NCBI GenBank assembly: GCA_008632985.1
Contig: QPGO01000070.1
Coordinates: 1-64,000, forward strand
Source of the DNA: Psammoneis japonica
Taxonomy: Eukaryota
DNA: 64,000 bases
Direction: 5' to 3'
Shown here: piece after piece, positions 24,241 to 36,075 of the stretch
Layout of the letters: each line of letters starts with the position of its first letter
Position numbering within the stretch: position 1 is the first letter of the stretch
The notes under the pieces: generated by a model
What the model was told of the DNA's origin: nothing
Seen by the model: the letters and a program-made list of their open reading frames with translations, nothing else
The model's database searches: none
Made by a program: the position numbers and the translations under genes

Positions 24241-25492
24241 TACAATGTTCCCGCGTTGTGTTCAAATGGCAACAAGAGGAGTTGTTATTCACCCAAACGC
24301 GCTTTTGAGAGAATAAGTAAAGTGACCCCACAACACAAAAAGTGTCTTCCGGTCATCGATAAAATCCTCCAGAAATATTTTGCCTGCGGCGACGTGTGAG
24401 CGGAAACCCTTTTATGTACCTATACAGTACCAAATATTATCAAAAATTTTGTATGTGGAAAAAGAACCGATTTATGAAATTAAATAGTTAATACATGCAT
24501 AAATATGAATGATGGAAGGACGGGACTGCCCATAATAGAAATGGGAACTAAAAAAACACTACGGTCATTTCGGTACTGATACAGACATCATTCAGGTTAT
24601 GTTGTATTTATGCCTCCTTTTATCGAGAACTACAAATACGTACACTAAAATGAAACAGAACGAGTCGTACGGACACGCGTAGATTTGTACATACGAGATC
24701 ACGGCTGACGGTGGAATTTGGTCACATTTCTTCCTCTCGGATTTCCCCTCCCGCCAGAACCGAAAAAGCCTTATCGCAAGGCACATGCGTTGTAGCAAAA
24801 TGAAGTCTTATTGCCATAATTATCATTGAGAAGCTTTCAGAGGGGTGGCGTTAAGAAGTACAAAGTCTTTGATTAATCCCTCTCTAGCACAACGACGCGT
24901 TGGGCTCTGGAGGTGCGTGGTGCTCTTACCACGTGCGGAAGAACACTTAGTCGCTTCGACTTCTCACCAACTCCAATCTCCAAATGATGAAAAACTACGC
25001 AATGGCACAACTTATTGCTGATCGAGGACTAGTAGCGATTGAGACAAGGCGGTGGCCGACACACAACAGGGCAGCGAATCCTAAAACTTTCATGGTATCT
25101 CATCTCTCATGTTGAGTCCAACCTTTTTGGAAAACGAATTTTCGCATCAAGTGACGGGTGACATGCTTTTGACTTAGCTTGCATCATATAAGACATAAAC
25201 CCTTGTATTTTAGGGGCAGCTTTCAAAACGTCACATTTTGCTTGTTGTTGTTGATGGTTGCTTACCGCAAAAGAGGCTCATTTTGCGTCATGAATTTGTT
25301 TTGAGTAGTAGTCTTTACAGCACAGTAGTAGTAGGCGATTTTTGAAATTTCAATATATATGTACATAAACGTTTACAACATTTTTTATGACTATGACCCA
25401 CATCGATTCCGAAAAATATTCCAACATCTTGCCAAATCCACAACAAGAGTAGTCAACCTTCTCTTCCGAAGTCTCGAAAGATGCGATGAGCG

Positions 25493-26896
25493 ATGAAACG
25501 CCAAAGATGCAATGAGCTATCGTTTTCATGCTTCACGTCATCATGGTTAAGACTGCGATTGTGGTTTGGGGCGGTGCTATTGTTGATTTTTGGCTGGGAT
25601 GCGATCGAGGACTTTGTCACTTGGGAAGAGATCGACAACATGTATCATGTCGGAGTAGAAATCCGTAAGGGTCCACGACCGTGGACAAATCACCCCCTTG
25701 TATTCTGTGTTGATAACCAACGATGCCGTGTGAGGAAGAGATTTAGAAAACGAAAAGTGGAAGCCATGACAGAGTACAACCCCGAAGATTACGACTTTGA
25801 CTTGCACGACCCACCTCGGCCAATAATAAAGAATGCTGTGCCGCGGGAAGACGAGGAAGGAAAGAGACGCGGAAATTGTACAATCGCGGCTGAATGGCAG
25901 ACTACCTATTATCCGAACTGTAACTCTTTTCACGAACTGCACTTTGCCCTCAACAGCGAGACGGAATCACACGTTAGTTATCACAACAAAGAGAACAAGA
26001 GAGTATACAACGGTACCAGGCATTTACTGGACGACAGGAGAGGGGAGTCGATGGAGCTTCTCGGATTAGGCACAACCAGAGACTCTTGGAAGGTAACGAA
26101 GGGAAACGATGTTGTGGTTCTCAAAACTCTCCAAATCAAAACACGTGATTTCGCCCGAAGCATCTTCGATCATCAAAGAATAGACGCCATCGCATCAGAG
26201 CGCTTATCTTCCTCCAAGTTTGTTCTAGACATTTTCGGCTTCTGTGGAGTCTCCGTTTTCAATGAGTTTGGCATTGAACTTGAAGCAAAAACAGTGCACA
26301 AGCTTTCTACCGTAGAAAGACTTCGGTATTCAAGAGATTTAGCAAAAGGCATGGCAGATGTTCATGGAATCGATAATGCTCCGAATGCAATGATTGTTCA
26401 TGCTGACATGAGAGTCAGTAACGCGATGTTTTCGTTGGACATGAGTACTCTGAAAGTTGGAGATTTTAACCAGGCCTATTTTCTCGGGCGGAACCAGAGA
26501 GATGGATCTGCTTGTGGCTATGACATGGACTTTCCGTTCTGGAAGGATCGCTTTGCAGCGCCCGAAGAGTGCCTACTACGGACAAAGACCGAGGAAACGG
26601 ACGTGTTTCATCTTGGTGGAATGCTCTTTTTTCTTTTGACAGGCAAAAAACCGTTTGCAGTGAACAAAGATGACTATACGAATAGGGAGGCTTTGTGGGC
26701 TAATGGAACATGGGCACTGCCAATTCTTCCTGAGGACGTATTGGAAAGTCGCGATCCTGATGTTGTCGCGATGAGGAAAGCAATTAACGCGTCTTTGAAG
26801 TTTGAAAGGAAGGATCGTTCAACGTCAAAAGAGATCTATAGAATGTTGAAGCAAGCCTTGATCGCGTCAAACAGGCGCAATAAAAATAAGAGGTAA
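25493..26896 (+). CDS. Type II membrane protein kinase-like protein (PKDCC/VLK-like)
   Basis: N-terminal TM. Motifs LGLGTTR, VVLK, HADMRVSN, DFN, APEE and DVFHLG. Confidence 0.8.
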   Translation: MKRQRCNELSFSCFTSSWLRLRLWFGAVLLLIFGWDAIEDFVTWEEIDNMYHVGVEIRKGPRPWTNHPLVFCVDNQRCRVRKRFRKRKVEAMTEYNPEDYDFDLHDPPRPIIKNAVPREDEEGKRRGNCTIAAEWQTTYYPNCNSFHELHFALNSETESHVSYHNKENKRVYNGTRHLLDDRRGESMELLGLGTTRDSWKVTKGNDVVVLKTLQIKTRDFARSIFDHQRIDAIASERLSSSKFVLDIFGFCGVSVFNEFGIELEAKTVHKLSTVERLRYSRDLAKGMADVHGIDNAPNAMIVHADMRVSNAMFSLDMSTLKVGDFNQAYFLGRNQRDGSACGYDMDFPFWKDRFAAPEECLLRTKTEETDVFHLGGMLFFLLTGKKPFAVNKDDYTNREALWANGTWALPILPEDVLESRDPDVVAMRKAINASLKFERKDRSTSKEIYRMLKQALIASNRRNKNKR

Positions 26897-27000
26897 AAGA
26901 AATGTCAGTATCCTATACGATAGACCTACAATGTTTCTCAACTTCAATAGTATGGACTATTATGGCTTGCCACAGACTCAGCCTGTTACCACTTTTAAGT

Positions 27001-29073
27001 TTACGATTCTACCTCTGAGAAATGATCTGCAAAGCATTGACCGCATCGAATGACACCTGGACTACAAAGACAATATGTACGAACCTTCCTGTTGCAGGTG
27101 ATGCACTTGCGTTGTGCATAAGGTGATTGTGCATTGACAATTTCTGCGCCTCGGAATTTTTTTCCGCGCGGCAGGGTGGTGAGCCGGTGACTCGACGATC
27201 TAGGCCTGCGTCTCGGTCTCTCAGCCTCTTCCCTGGCAAGATAATCATTGAATATGAGGTCGTGGGCAAAGCGCTTCCGATATTCAAGCTGCTCTTCAAG
27301 TCGTTGGTTGTAGAAGTACCAATTGCCGAGGCAACAATTCACTTCGGTTACCGCGAGAAGGAAAGCATGCACACGATTTGGCCACCATTCCGTTCCCCAA
27401 GTCTCCTCCAAACTAATTGGACTCTGCCTTCGATCGTTGTGGTCATTAACAGCGTGTCTGAATTTGAAATGATTGTGTACAACCTCGGGGTACTGAAAGG
27501 TATCCTGCCGGTTCTCCCCGTTAATGACGTACTGCCGAGTTTTCAGTCCACCCATACGTTCATTGGTGCCATAAGAAGACATAAGCATCATTACATAGTC
27601 TGGTTCTTTCATTGCAAATATGTTCAGCGGTACAGTGTTGAGAGAACCCGAAATAGAATCAACGTCACCGACCTGCTTGTTGTCGAAATGCGCAATGATA
27701 GTGTCCGCCTCCACGTGCCTCGGCCAACACTGGCGCTTCTTTATCAATGCAGCAGCAAACACTCCTTTCAACCGCAGCTCGGCTATACCCTCAAGCACAC
27801 AAAAGCCACTGCCCAGCACAACAACCTTAGCCTGGTTCCAAATGGATTTTGTGAGTCGAAGCAAAAGCCCAACAGTTTTGCCCTTGTCGTCATGCTCCGG
27901 TCTCGGTCGCTCCCGCGGCTCGTCCTTACCCTCCACAAGCTCAATCGTGTACAGTATACGAGACAAACCACAGCATTCGGTATGATACTCATTTCCAAAT
28001 GGCCACGGCTTCCTTGGACAAAAAACAAAACCAGGGCAAGTGTATTGGTTGATCCAAGTAGACATGGACTGATCAATACAACTTACCCAGCTAGGAGTGA
28101 AGTTCTCACTCATGTTGTTATTCCAAGCTTCAATCATCTGCCTGACTTCATGGAAAGGATCATTGTAATTCGGGGCAGGCCGATCCGTGTACCGAATGCA
28201 TCTTAGAATTTCCTCAAACCGACTGCGTGACATGAGATCCCCAAGTCGGAACGGAGCGCCCTCAAATCTTGTGACCTCCGTATCTGACCAAAAGTCGTGA
28301 CGTTGTGGACCCTGAATAGTCGCCATCAAAAACCACATGCCAAGCCATCGCAAGTATTCACCATACAGCACCCTCTCTCCTTGTATATTTGCATTGATTT
28401 GGGGAATAATCACACCCAACACAAACGATTTTGGAAAGAACAACTCAAACAACTGTAGTCGTGTCGGCTGGATATCGCTCTGGAATCGAATGGAGGCGTT
28501 CGTGTTTTGTACATTGAGAACACGTCGGTAGCATATTCCATTGTGCCCCCACACATTCCCAAACACATCATTATCAGCATCTTGAGCTGCAGGCGGGGGA
28601 GGTATATTTTCTGGAGCAGGTACGTTGTCATCGTCAATATCAACAATGCCTCTGGCGAGCGTAATGTCTTCGCGCGAAAAAGTACCACGCCGCTGTTGCA
28701 AATCTTGAATCACTGGATGCGTTTCTTCTTGCTCGTTGTCGTCGTCGTCTCCTTCTCTCTCGCCTTCCCTGTTGCTGGCACCATCAAAGAAGTGTTCACT
28801 CGGACCTTCCCGAGTGACTTTGCAATATCTCGTGACAGCATGCATCTCAATGGGGGAAGAGTCATCTCTGTCGAGAAATGATTCTTGAGTAAACACGACG
28901 GCGAGTTGCATTCTGCGGTTGATGTTTTTCATTTCCAAACGCAATACGACTGCATTTTCGAGCCTCTGCTCTGGTGGATGTTGAGGAAAGACACGAATGA
29001 CGTATTCACGTGGATGAACGACCTTGAGAAGGACCGAAATCCTTGCTTCCCGTCCCATGGTCAACGTCGTCAT
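27001..29073 (-). CDS. piggyBac-family transposase, probably catalytically impaired
   Basis: Motifs MSRSRFEEIL, SCIDQSM, PRKPWPFG, VVLGSGF and RHAVNDHN, plus a C-terminal Cys-rich domain (CITC...CLC...CGQC). Confidence 0.88.
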   Translation of the reverse strand: MTTLTMGREARISVLLKVVHPREYVIRVFPQHPPEQRLENAVVLRLEMKNINRRMQLAVVFTQESFLDRDDSSPIEMHAVTRYCKVTREGPSEHFFDGASNREGEREGDDDDNEQEETHPVIQDLQQRRGTFSREDITLARGIVDIDDDNVPAPENIPPPPAAQDADNDVFGNVWGHNGICYRRVLNVQNTNASIRFQSDIQPTRLQLFELFFPKSFVLGVIIPQINANIQGERVLYGEYLRWLGMWFLMATIQGPQRHDFWSDTEVTRFEGAPFRLGDLMSRSRFEEILRCIRYTDRPAPNYNDPFHEVRQMIEAWNNNMSENFTPSWVSCIDQSMSTWINQYTCPGFVFCPRKPWPFGNEYHTECCGLSRILYTIELVEGKDEPRERPRPEHDDKGKTVGLLLRLTKSIWNQAKVVVLGSGFCVLEGIAELRLKGVFAAALIKKRQCWPRHVEADTIIAHFDNKQVGDVDSISGSLNTVPLNIFAMKEPDYVMMLMSSYGTNERMGGLKTRQYVINGENRQDTFQYPEVVHNHFKFRHAVNDHNDRRQSPISLEETWGTEWWPNRVHAFLLAVTEVNCCLGNWYFYNQRLEEQLEYRKRFAHDLIFNDYLAREEAERPRRRPRSSSHRLTTLPRGKKFRGAEIVNAQSPYAQRKCITCNRKVRTYCLCSPGVIRCGQCFADHFSEVES

Positions 29074-29348
29074 GATGCATCAAAAAGATTTTTTGTGCAC
29101 ATCGGTGTCAAACATGTACTATCAGTGTGCTGAACTTATCCCTGCATATTATTTACGAGCTCGAATTTGCACAGACATGCTCCAGAGCGTGTCTGTGCAT
29201 TTACGTAGATTTTGTACCAGTCGCATCGTAGAGTGATGTTGTTCGCCTGCCCCAACGAACTCTTTCTCGTACATAAAATATTACTCACGCCTGCCGGATA
29301 GGTTGGAGGTACATTTTCCTGGTACAAACACGTAGAATTTAACGCAGC

Positions 29349-29420
29349 TGCAGTGACCCTCGTTTTGGGGGGTCACTGCACGCGCGGTGGCAGTGACCCT
29401 CGTTTTGGGGGGTCACTGCA
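29349..29420. repeat. Two tandem 31-bp palindromic (hairpin) repeats, period 40
   Basis: gcagtgaccctcgttttggggggtcactgca at 29350-29380 and 29390-29420. Confidence 0.9.
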
Positions 29421-29481
29421 TAAGCAGGGTTATGTATAAAACTTATTTCAATTGCCATAGAAGTAAATTTGCAAAGGTGTC

Positions 29482-31338
29482 CGTTGAACGCGATGTATGG
29501 TTGAAATTTGAAATTATTCTGAGTCGTATTTTTCTAAATAATGATTGGCACCTTATGACTGAGTGCTGGCACAATGACTGACGACAATGGCCGCCTTCCT
29601 TCCCCAAAAAAATATCGAATCTCCTCATCATTCATCACGATTCATTTTCATGATTTATCTCTCTAGAGTAGTAGGTCTACTCTAGTAGCTACTCTAGAGT
29701 CGTAACACTCATACTATTCATCATCATGAGTGTTATAGGGAAGACAGAGAATGAAGCATCGATTTCGTGTTTGAATACCATCTGTACAAGAACTCTTCGG
29801 AATACATTGTTGCTTCTTCTGCTTTTTGCGGCGCTCCTCGATGCTCATGGCGTGTTTACAAATTTTCGAGAATTTCTACAGCTTGATGCATCCATGACGC
29901 TGTCAAGCAGCTCAAGGCAGGAGAAAACGCAAATTAGTTACGCTCCTTCTCGCCCGTCGCAGAAACCGTTTCCTCGTACACTTTTTCTTGATGACCAAGG
30001 AAAGGCGTTCGTCTTGGACGATGGCGTTGTTGAACCCGCGAAACAAAAACATCGAACTGTCGATGATATTTGGGAAGGGAGCCGAGATCCAGAGCACCAG
30101 TACTTCATTTCGATGGAAGTGTTGTATCATCCAGTCACACTGACGGGAGAGCTAGGTTATTCTTGCGTACCTGCCGCCGATTGGCAAAAGCGATTCTACC
30201 CGACATGCAATAGTTTTCATGAAACAATCTTCAACCCCGCCGGCGGCGACTCTGTATCGGACGATACAAGAAAACTGATCATGGGCAAGTCAAGAGAGGT
30301 GCAAGTCACTGACGGTATTTTTATGGACTATCTTGGATCTGGCAAGACAAGAGATGCATGGAAGGTACACAAGGATGATGAAGCTGTGGTCCTAAAAACG
30401 TTGAAGGTTGATCATTCCTTCACACCGGAAGTGTACCACCATCAAACAATCGATGCAGTCGCTTCAGAGAGGCTGACGGCCTCTCCTTATGTAATTGACA
30501 TTTATGGCTTCTGTGGAGCATCTGTCATGAACGAATTGGGAGTCGAGTATGGAGAGTACGAAACTCTGACAGTAGAAGAAAAACTCCGCTATTCACGAGA
30601 CATTGCACATGGAATGAAGGATATGCATAGCATTGACGGCTCGAAACTTGCCAAACTAGTCCACTCGGACGTAAGACGCGGCAATGTTATGTTTACAATG
30701 GACCGAAGTGTCTTGAAGCTTAGTGATTTCAACAGAGGTTTTTATCTTGGATGGAACAAGAAAAAGAAGGAACCTTGTGCTGTTAAACGGCCAAAACTCA
30801 ATCGCCCACCACGACGGGACAAGTTTTCGGCACCGGAAGAAACCTATCGGCAGATTGTCAATGAAAAATCAGACGTCTATCACCTGGGAGGAATGTTGTT
30901 TTATATTTTGACTGGTAGACGACCGTATAGTTTCAACGACAAGAGCCAGTTGACTAGCTCTGGCCAGCCGTTGCTGACAGACAATTGGGTAATGCCTACA
31001 CTTCCAGCGGATGTACGACAAAGCAAAGATCCAGCAATCATTGCAATGCGCAAGGCAGTCAAATCATGCTATCGCTATGAAAAAGAGGATCGCGCTAGTG
31101 CAAAAGAGATTTTTCAAATACTTGACTATGCAATGAAATCCACAGCAAAGCCGAACTCATAAAATCACGAGATTTTGATTCACGCATTAGCATGCTTTTT
31201 CTCTAGCTAGTAGGTCGAGATTTCTCCTTGTGAGTGCAAGACGATCAGGGCATTTGAAATTGTGAGGTGCCCCGCCTTTTTAATACGGTATATTTGGTAT
31301 GCGAGCATGAAGATAATAATGTTTCATAGGACATATCA
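29482..31338 (+). repeat. Segmental duplication copy A (kinase gene plus flanks)
   Basis: Near-identical to 48594-50395 across the CDS and 3' flank; the upstream region is more diverged. Confidence 0.9.
29726..31162 (+). CDS. Type II membrane protein kinase-like protein (PKDCC/VLK-like), paralogue A
   Basis: TM helix. Motifs LGSGKTR, VVLK, HSDVRRGN, DFN, APEE and DVYHLG. Confidence 0.82.
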   Translation: MSVIGKTENEASISCLNTICTRTLRNTLLLLLLFAALLDAHGVFTNFREFLQLDASMTLSSSSRQEKTQISYAPSRPSQKPFPRTLFLDDQGKAFVLDDGVVEPAKQKHRTVDDIWEGSRDPEHQYFISMEVLYHPVTLTGELGYSCVPAADWQKRFYPTCNSFHETIFNPAGGDSVSDDTRKLIMGKSREVQVTDGIFMDYLGSGKTRDAWKVHKDDEAVVLKTLKVDHSFTPEVYHHQTIDAVASERLTASPYVIDIYGFCGASVMNELGVEYGEYETLTVEEKLRYSRDIAHGMKDMHSIDGSKLAKLVHSDVRRGNVMFTMDRSVLKLSDFNRGFYLGWNKKKKEPCAVKRPKLNRPPRRDKFSAPEETYRQIVNEKSDVYHLGGMLFYILTGRRPYSFNDKSQLTSSGQPLLTDNWVMPTLPADVRQSKDPAIIAMRKAVKSCYRYEKEDRASAKEIFQILDYAMKSTAKPNS

Positions 31339-31599
31339 GGTTTCACGACAATTGGGCCGGTAGTTTGGTAGCTTTCTACGTAGCCTACGTAAGTTGAAGT
31401 GAAACGTCATCATGCGCGCCTGCCAACCACTCAAATTTTCAAAAATTCTCCGCACAAATTCGTGCTTTCTCAAACACCTCACCCGGTGCCTCCTGTCATC
31501 ACGAGAAAGCGAGGGACCTGGATCCTTTTTTAAAGTGAGTTCAGAGACACCCTCCAGGATAACATACTGAAAAAGGATCCAGGAAAACATGGAGGAAGA

Positions 31600-32550
31600 T
31601 CTCATTTCTGCGGAAAAAGAGTGTGTGCTCTCATTTCTTCGAGGCATTTCACGAAACTTACGAGGCAGCGCATGGTTTGGTCTGACATGGTCCAGCACCA
31701 ACCCTGGCAGTCTAGCCCATTTATTTGGACTTCAAGACGATGCACAGACATGCTTGTTGGACGATTTGGGTCTGACTAAAGTGGTGGAACCGACCACCAA
31801 TGTCAATGTGCGTCACAACAAGCATTGCTCAAGCGAGCCATTTTAATCTGCAATGTCACAGTCTTTTGTTGCGAGGAGATCTCTTGAATGATGCCGTGTT
31901 GCTTGAGTGCATGTCAACACTTGTTTGCTCCAACATAGATGGCGAAGGGGAGAGAGAGCCTAAAGACGGAAACCAGACAGCCAACATGCCGCACCATCTG
32001 TCATTGACAAGAATGACTGCAAACGCTTGTCTCGTACAATGTTCCATTGGATGATCCGGGCATTGCACAATCTCGAATTTTGTCAGACATCACATAACTT
32101 CAAAACTGCATGCCGCTTACAAGCAAAAAACGGCAAGGCGCTGCATGACAAGGACATTGTGTCCGAAGTGTTGTGAAGCGACATCGGTTGAAGCCATCAG
32201 ACAGCGACCCATTCAAAAACTAGACAGCATCCATTGAAGTCTTTTGTGTGTTTGTTCTGTGCTCCTGTGTTAAGATGGTTCTTTGTGGAGAGGGCAACCG
32301 TTGCGTCTGTGATGTCAGTGCAAGAATGCGTTTGCCGTTGGGGTTCATTCACGCCGAATCTACGTGCAACCAAGTCAATCCCTTTCTGATTCGTTTCCAA
32401 TCCCCACGTGTGCGGCAAGTTGACTTGCCATTGTGCATTGAACCTTGACAGCTCTCAATCATTCTGTTTCAATTGATGAAATTGACATGCAATCGACAAC
32501 GAGCTTGATTGACATTCTGCATGTTGCTGCCAATCCAGCTGATCGGCCCA
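31600..32550. repeat. TpA-depleted relic DNA, unclassified
   Basis: Marked drop in TA. Only broken ORFs. Confidence 0.4.
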
Positions 32551-34981
32551 TGTGCAGCATGCCTCGCTGCTGGACAACACGGCGAGACCGTGCATGAGCC
32601 TCTTGCACGTGGCAACGCAGCATTGTTGACACGTGCCTGGGAAGCACGACCACAGGAGGGCGTGGCTCTGGGTCTCAGGCAATTCCAGAAGGATGCCAAG
32701 AGAGCATCCGTGTGAAGCACACTGGCCCGTTGTCTGGCCCACGATGGCAGCGTGATTCCACACGATGACATCACTCGTGCATGGCACATGATGGCTTGAC
32801 TCGCACGATCCATGATGCGAACGCACGATCGATTCGATGCGATCCAAATGCGAACAAATGGGGATTTGGCGAGATTCCCTGTTCGCATGATCCCATTTTC
32901 TCTACTCTAAACTAGCTCATGATTTTCACAACGACAAAGTCGTAACACATCTTCTTTTTCAGCGCCTGGCACATGCACAGGGCACAGCAATGTCACTCCC
33001 GCATGTTGTGCGAGGTGACGAAATCTACAGAAACGAAACTACGAAATGTTGGCAGGACCGACAAATCTCAAAACGACCATGAAGAAGCGGATTGAGCCGC
33101 CGATTCCGTTCGCACGGCCGGAGAAGAAAGAGCCACAGCAGGGCGAGCACCAGATGTTCAAGCTGCGTGACAACCCTGCTGATCCGGACAGTCCAACGCA
33201 CGAGATGGGCATCCCGCACCTTTCTGTGGCTACATGCGAGACACTCCTGATCTTTCTGCGCAATGTGAATTGCGTGCACGAAGGACAAAACATGACGACC
33301 GGGCCAGCGAAATTTGCCCTCATGCATGACCTGCTGCAGGGCAATGCTCTGACGTCATTCAATGATGCCGCTGACAAGCAGGCATCCGAAACCAACGCTG
33401 CGTGTGCAGCATGCGTCGCGAAGCTAAAGGAAAGCATCTTCCCACACAGGGCGGCACTGCTGCAGAAGCGTTGTCTGAGGCGCTTCATGCGCAAGCCCGC
33501 AGAGGTTTCCACTCGTGACTGCATCACGAGAGCTGTTGAAATTAACGGCTGTGTCTCTCAGTTTCCACCCATGATGGAGGATGGAGCAGCACCGGCACCA
33601 TTGCCTGATGACGAACCATGTGATGTGTTCGAGTGCGGCATGCCAAACGCATGGCAGAAGTTCATGACGTTACAGAATTTTGACCCGTTGGTGCATGCCA
33701 TCGCCGAATTTGTGCAGTTCTGCGAGCGCATTGAGCAGGTCGAGCTTGCCGAAGGTAACCTGGACCAACATGCCAAGGTTCCACGCAAGCGGGGACGTAG
33801 AACGGACAATCCTGAGTCGTTGATCATGAACCAACGGAGTGCCCAGAAGTCGTGCATGCTGCACGGGACTGGCTGTGGACATCATGCGGAGGATTGCCGT
33901 CAGCTTGAGCACCACGTGAAACGTGTCAAGACTGGACATTCCAATGACGGAGGCAGCAAGCCCAATCAAAAACCTCGGAATGAGGAAGACATCAATGCTC
34001 TCATCGGATCGAAGGTCGAGGAGTTCTTTGCCAATGCTCAGAAAAAGCGCAAGGCATGCGAGGAGGAGCTCAATCACTTCCGCGACCTCAACTCAAGTGA
34101 TTCCGAAGATTCGGAAGCCTGAGAAGGGGGCCGACACGACACAGGCAGTTTTAATGCATTAGATGAATGCACAAATGAACAACTGAACTGCCATCATACA
34201 CGTGTTGTAGGCCAATCGCGGTTTTATCCATTGCCCATCATGCTGAGTGGAAGTGCATGGAAACCAGAAAGCAGAAGCTCATCCACTTAAATGACAAGCG
34301 TGAAAATCAGAAACGCAAGGAGTGTCAATGTACCGCAGGGCAATTGGTGCTTGTCAAACAGGAACAATCCTCTAAATGCGGTTCTGACAGCTGCGCAGGA
34401 CCCGCCAGAGTTGTCCGTGCATGTGACAACGGCGCGTTGCACATCCAGAACGGAGCGCTGACAGACACGTGCAATCTGTGGCAGATTGCACCCTGTCACC
34501 AGCAGCAAGACATTCTGTCACTTGACGGCCCTGATCATGGGGGAGTGTGCAGCATGCCTCGCTGCTGGACAACACGGCGAGACCGTGCACAAGCCTCTTG
34601 CATGTGGCAACGCAGCATTGTCAACACGCACCTGGGAAGCACGACCACAGGAGGGCGTGGCTCTGGGTCTTGGGCAATTCCAGAAGGATGCTAAGAGAGC
34701 ATCCGTGTGAAGCACACTGGCCCGTCGTCTGGCCCATGATGGCAGCGTGATTCCACATGATGACATCACTTGTGCATGGCGCGTGATGGCTTGATTCGCA
34801 CGATCCATGATGCGAACGCACGATCGATTTGATGCGATCCAAGTGCGAATGAACAGGGATTTGGCAAGATTCCCCATTCGCACGATCCCATTTTCTCTAC
34901 TCTAAACTAGCTCACAATTTTCACAACAACAAAGTCGCAACACATCTTCTTTTTCAGCGCCCAGTGCATGCATGGGGCACA
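32551..34981 (+). mobile_element. Non-autonomous Gypsy-type LTR element (gag plus integrase C-terminal tail; PR/RT/RH/IN core missing)
   Basis: 436-bp direct repeats at 32551-32986 and 34546-34981 with TGTGC...GCACA ends. PPT gggggag precedes the 3' LTR. No TSD seen. Confidence 0.85.
33046..34122 (+). CDS. Gag-like protein of the LTR element (Tyr-free, degenerate)
   Basis: 358-aa ORF with a zinc-knuckle-like CMLHGTGCGHHAEDC and no Tyr residues. Confidence 0.75.
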   Translation: MLAGPTNLKTTMKKRIEPPIPFARPEKKEPQQGEHQMFKLRDNPADPDSPTHEMGIPHLSVATCETLLIFLRNVNCVHEGQNMTTGPAKFALMHDLLQGNALTSFNDAADKQASETNAACAACVAKLKESIFPHRAALLQKRCLRRFMRKPAEVSTRDCITRAVEINGCVSQFPPMMEDGAAPAPLPDDEPCDVFECGMPNAWQKFMTLQNFDPLVHAIAEFVQFCERIEQVELAEGNLDQHAKVPRKRGRRTDNPESLIMNQRSAQKSCMLHGTGCGHHAEDCRQLEHHVKRVKTGHSNDGGSKPNQKPRNEEDINALIGSKVEEFFANAQKKRKACEEELNHFRDLNSSDSEDSEA

Positions 34982-35750
34982 GTGAACCATGTCACCAAGT
35001 GTCTGGTGTGCACGTTCCACTGTGGCATTCGCCTGTGGATTCCGCTTGCTCGTGGGTTTCTTCAAAATCCCACAATCATTTTTAATCATCTGGCTGAATT
35101 CTGCCATAAATTCTGTCCCACGGTCATAAACCACCTGGGTTGGCCACGGACATCTGCATGGCCACGTTTGTTCTACGACGTTTGCTGCGACGTAGGAATG
35201 CGGTCCCGAATTATGCCATGTTGAGGGCACCCACAACCTGGTCGCTGACGCTCTTAGTCGCCTTCGGCTGGCACCCAGCTTGCCTTCCGAGGCCAATCCG
35301 GATGTAAAAGACACTCCATCGAGTCGTCCTTTGCATGAAGCCTTCAATGCAGAGGCGCAAGACGCCGCACCTCTGCCCATTAGCTTCAGGCACATTCAAA
35401 AAGAACAACAAAAGGACAAGCGCCTGCTCTCGTGAGCTGAAGACTCGTCCGACTGCTCCATTCGCGTGCATCGTGGGGGAGGGTCATCACGACAGTTAAT
35501 CTGTCATAAGGACAAAATCGCAGTGCCACAGTCATTGCAGGTTCCGCTGACTGAATGGCACCACGAGACACTGTGTCATCCAGGTGAGACACGTGCGGAA
35601 ACATCTGTTGCCCAGCACTTCTGCTGGCCCAGTGTGAGGTCTACGGTGCATTCTACGTGCGTCAAGTGTGATCGATGTCAGAAGACAAAACGCCGAACGC
35701 AGCGCCATGGGAAGCTGCCAGAAAAAGTCGCTGAGACAATTCCATGACAG
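34982..35750. mobile_element. Gypsy integrase fragments in both orientations
   Basis: Minus strand 34982-35170 gives YDRGTEF...RNPQANATVERAHQTLGDM. Plus strand 35466-35747 gives an H2C2 finger (HETLCHPG...CVKCDRCQ). Confidence 0.75.
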
Positions 35751-36075
35751 GAAGGTTGTGAGCTGTCCAATGCAGACTGTTCGTCGAAAGATTTCGGGTG
35801 CTTTGCGAGATGGCTCAACCGAGAAATGGGATTGACACAAATGTCGGAAGAAGGAGCAGCAGCGCACAGAGTGTCGGAGCCAAGTTCCATTTCAGATGAC
35901 AAGGAAATTTCAAAGGATGAAAAAAGGAAGAAGGAGACGACAAATCCAGCACAAGAGGAAGAACCGCCGACGACCTTCACCTTGCTGTTGCTTTTTATAA
36001 AATGGTCACCGTTGTTTGGAATTTTGAGAGGAAGGATGATGTCAGATGGATGCGTGGCAGCAATGTGACTCATGA

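Larger units (their letters stand above)
27001..29429 (-). mobile_element. piggyBac-like DNA transposon with only one terminus recognisable
   Basis: 690-aa transposase. On the minus strand the putative 5' end reads ataa|CCCTGC with subterminal hairpin repeats. No matching TIR was found after the stop codon. Confidence 0.75.

Noticed and set aside
24984..25021. Possible C/D-box snoRNA (atgatga...ctga)
   Set aside because: Too short, with no terminal stem or recognisable guide sequence.
29349..29420. CRISPR-like repeat-spacer or intrinsic terminator
   Set aside because: Only two units with a 9-bp spacer, in a eukaryotic context with no cas genes, at a transposon end.
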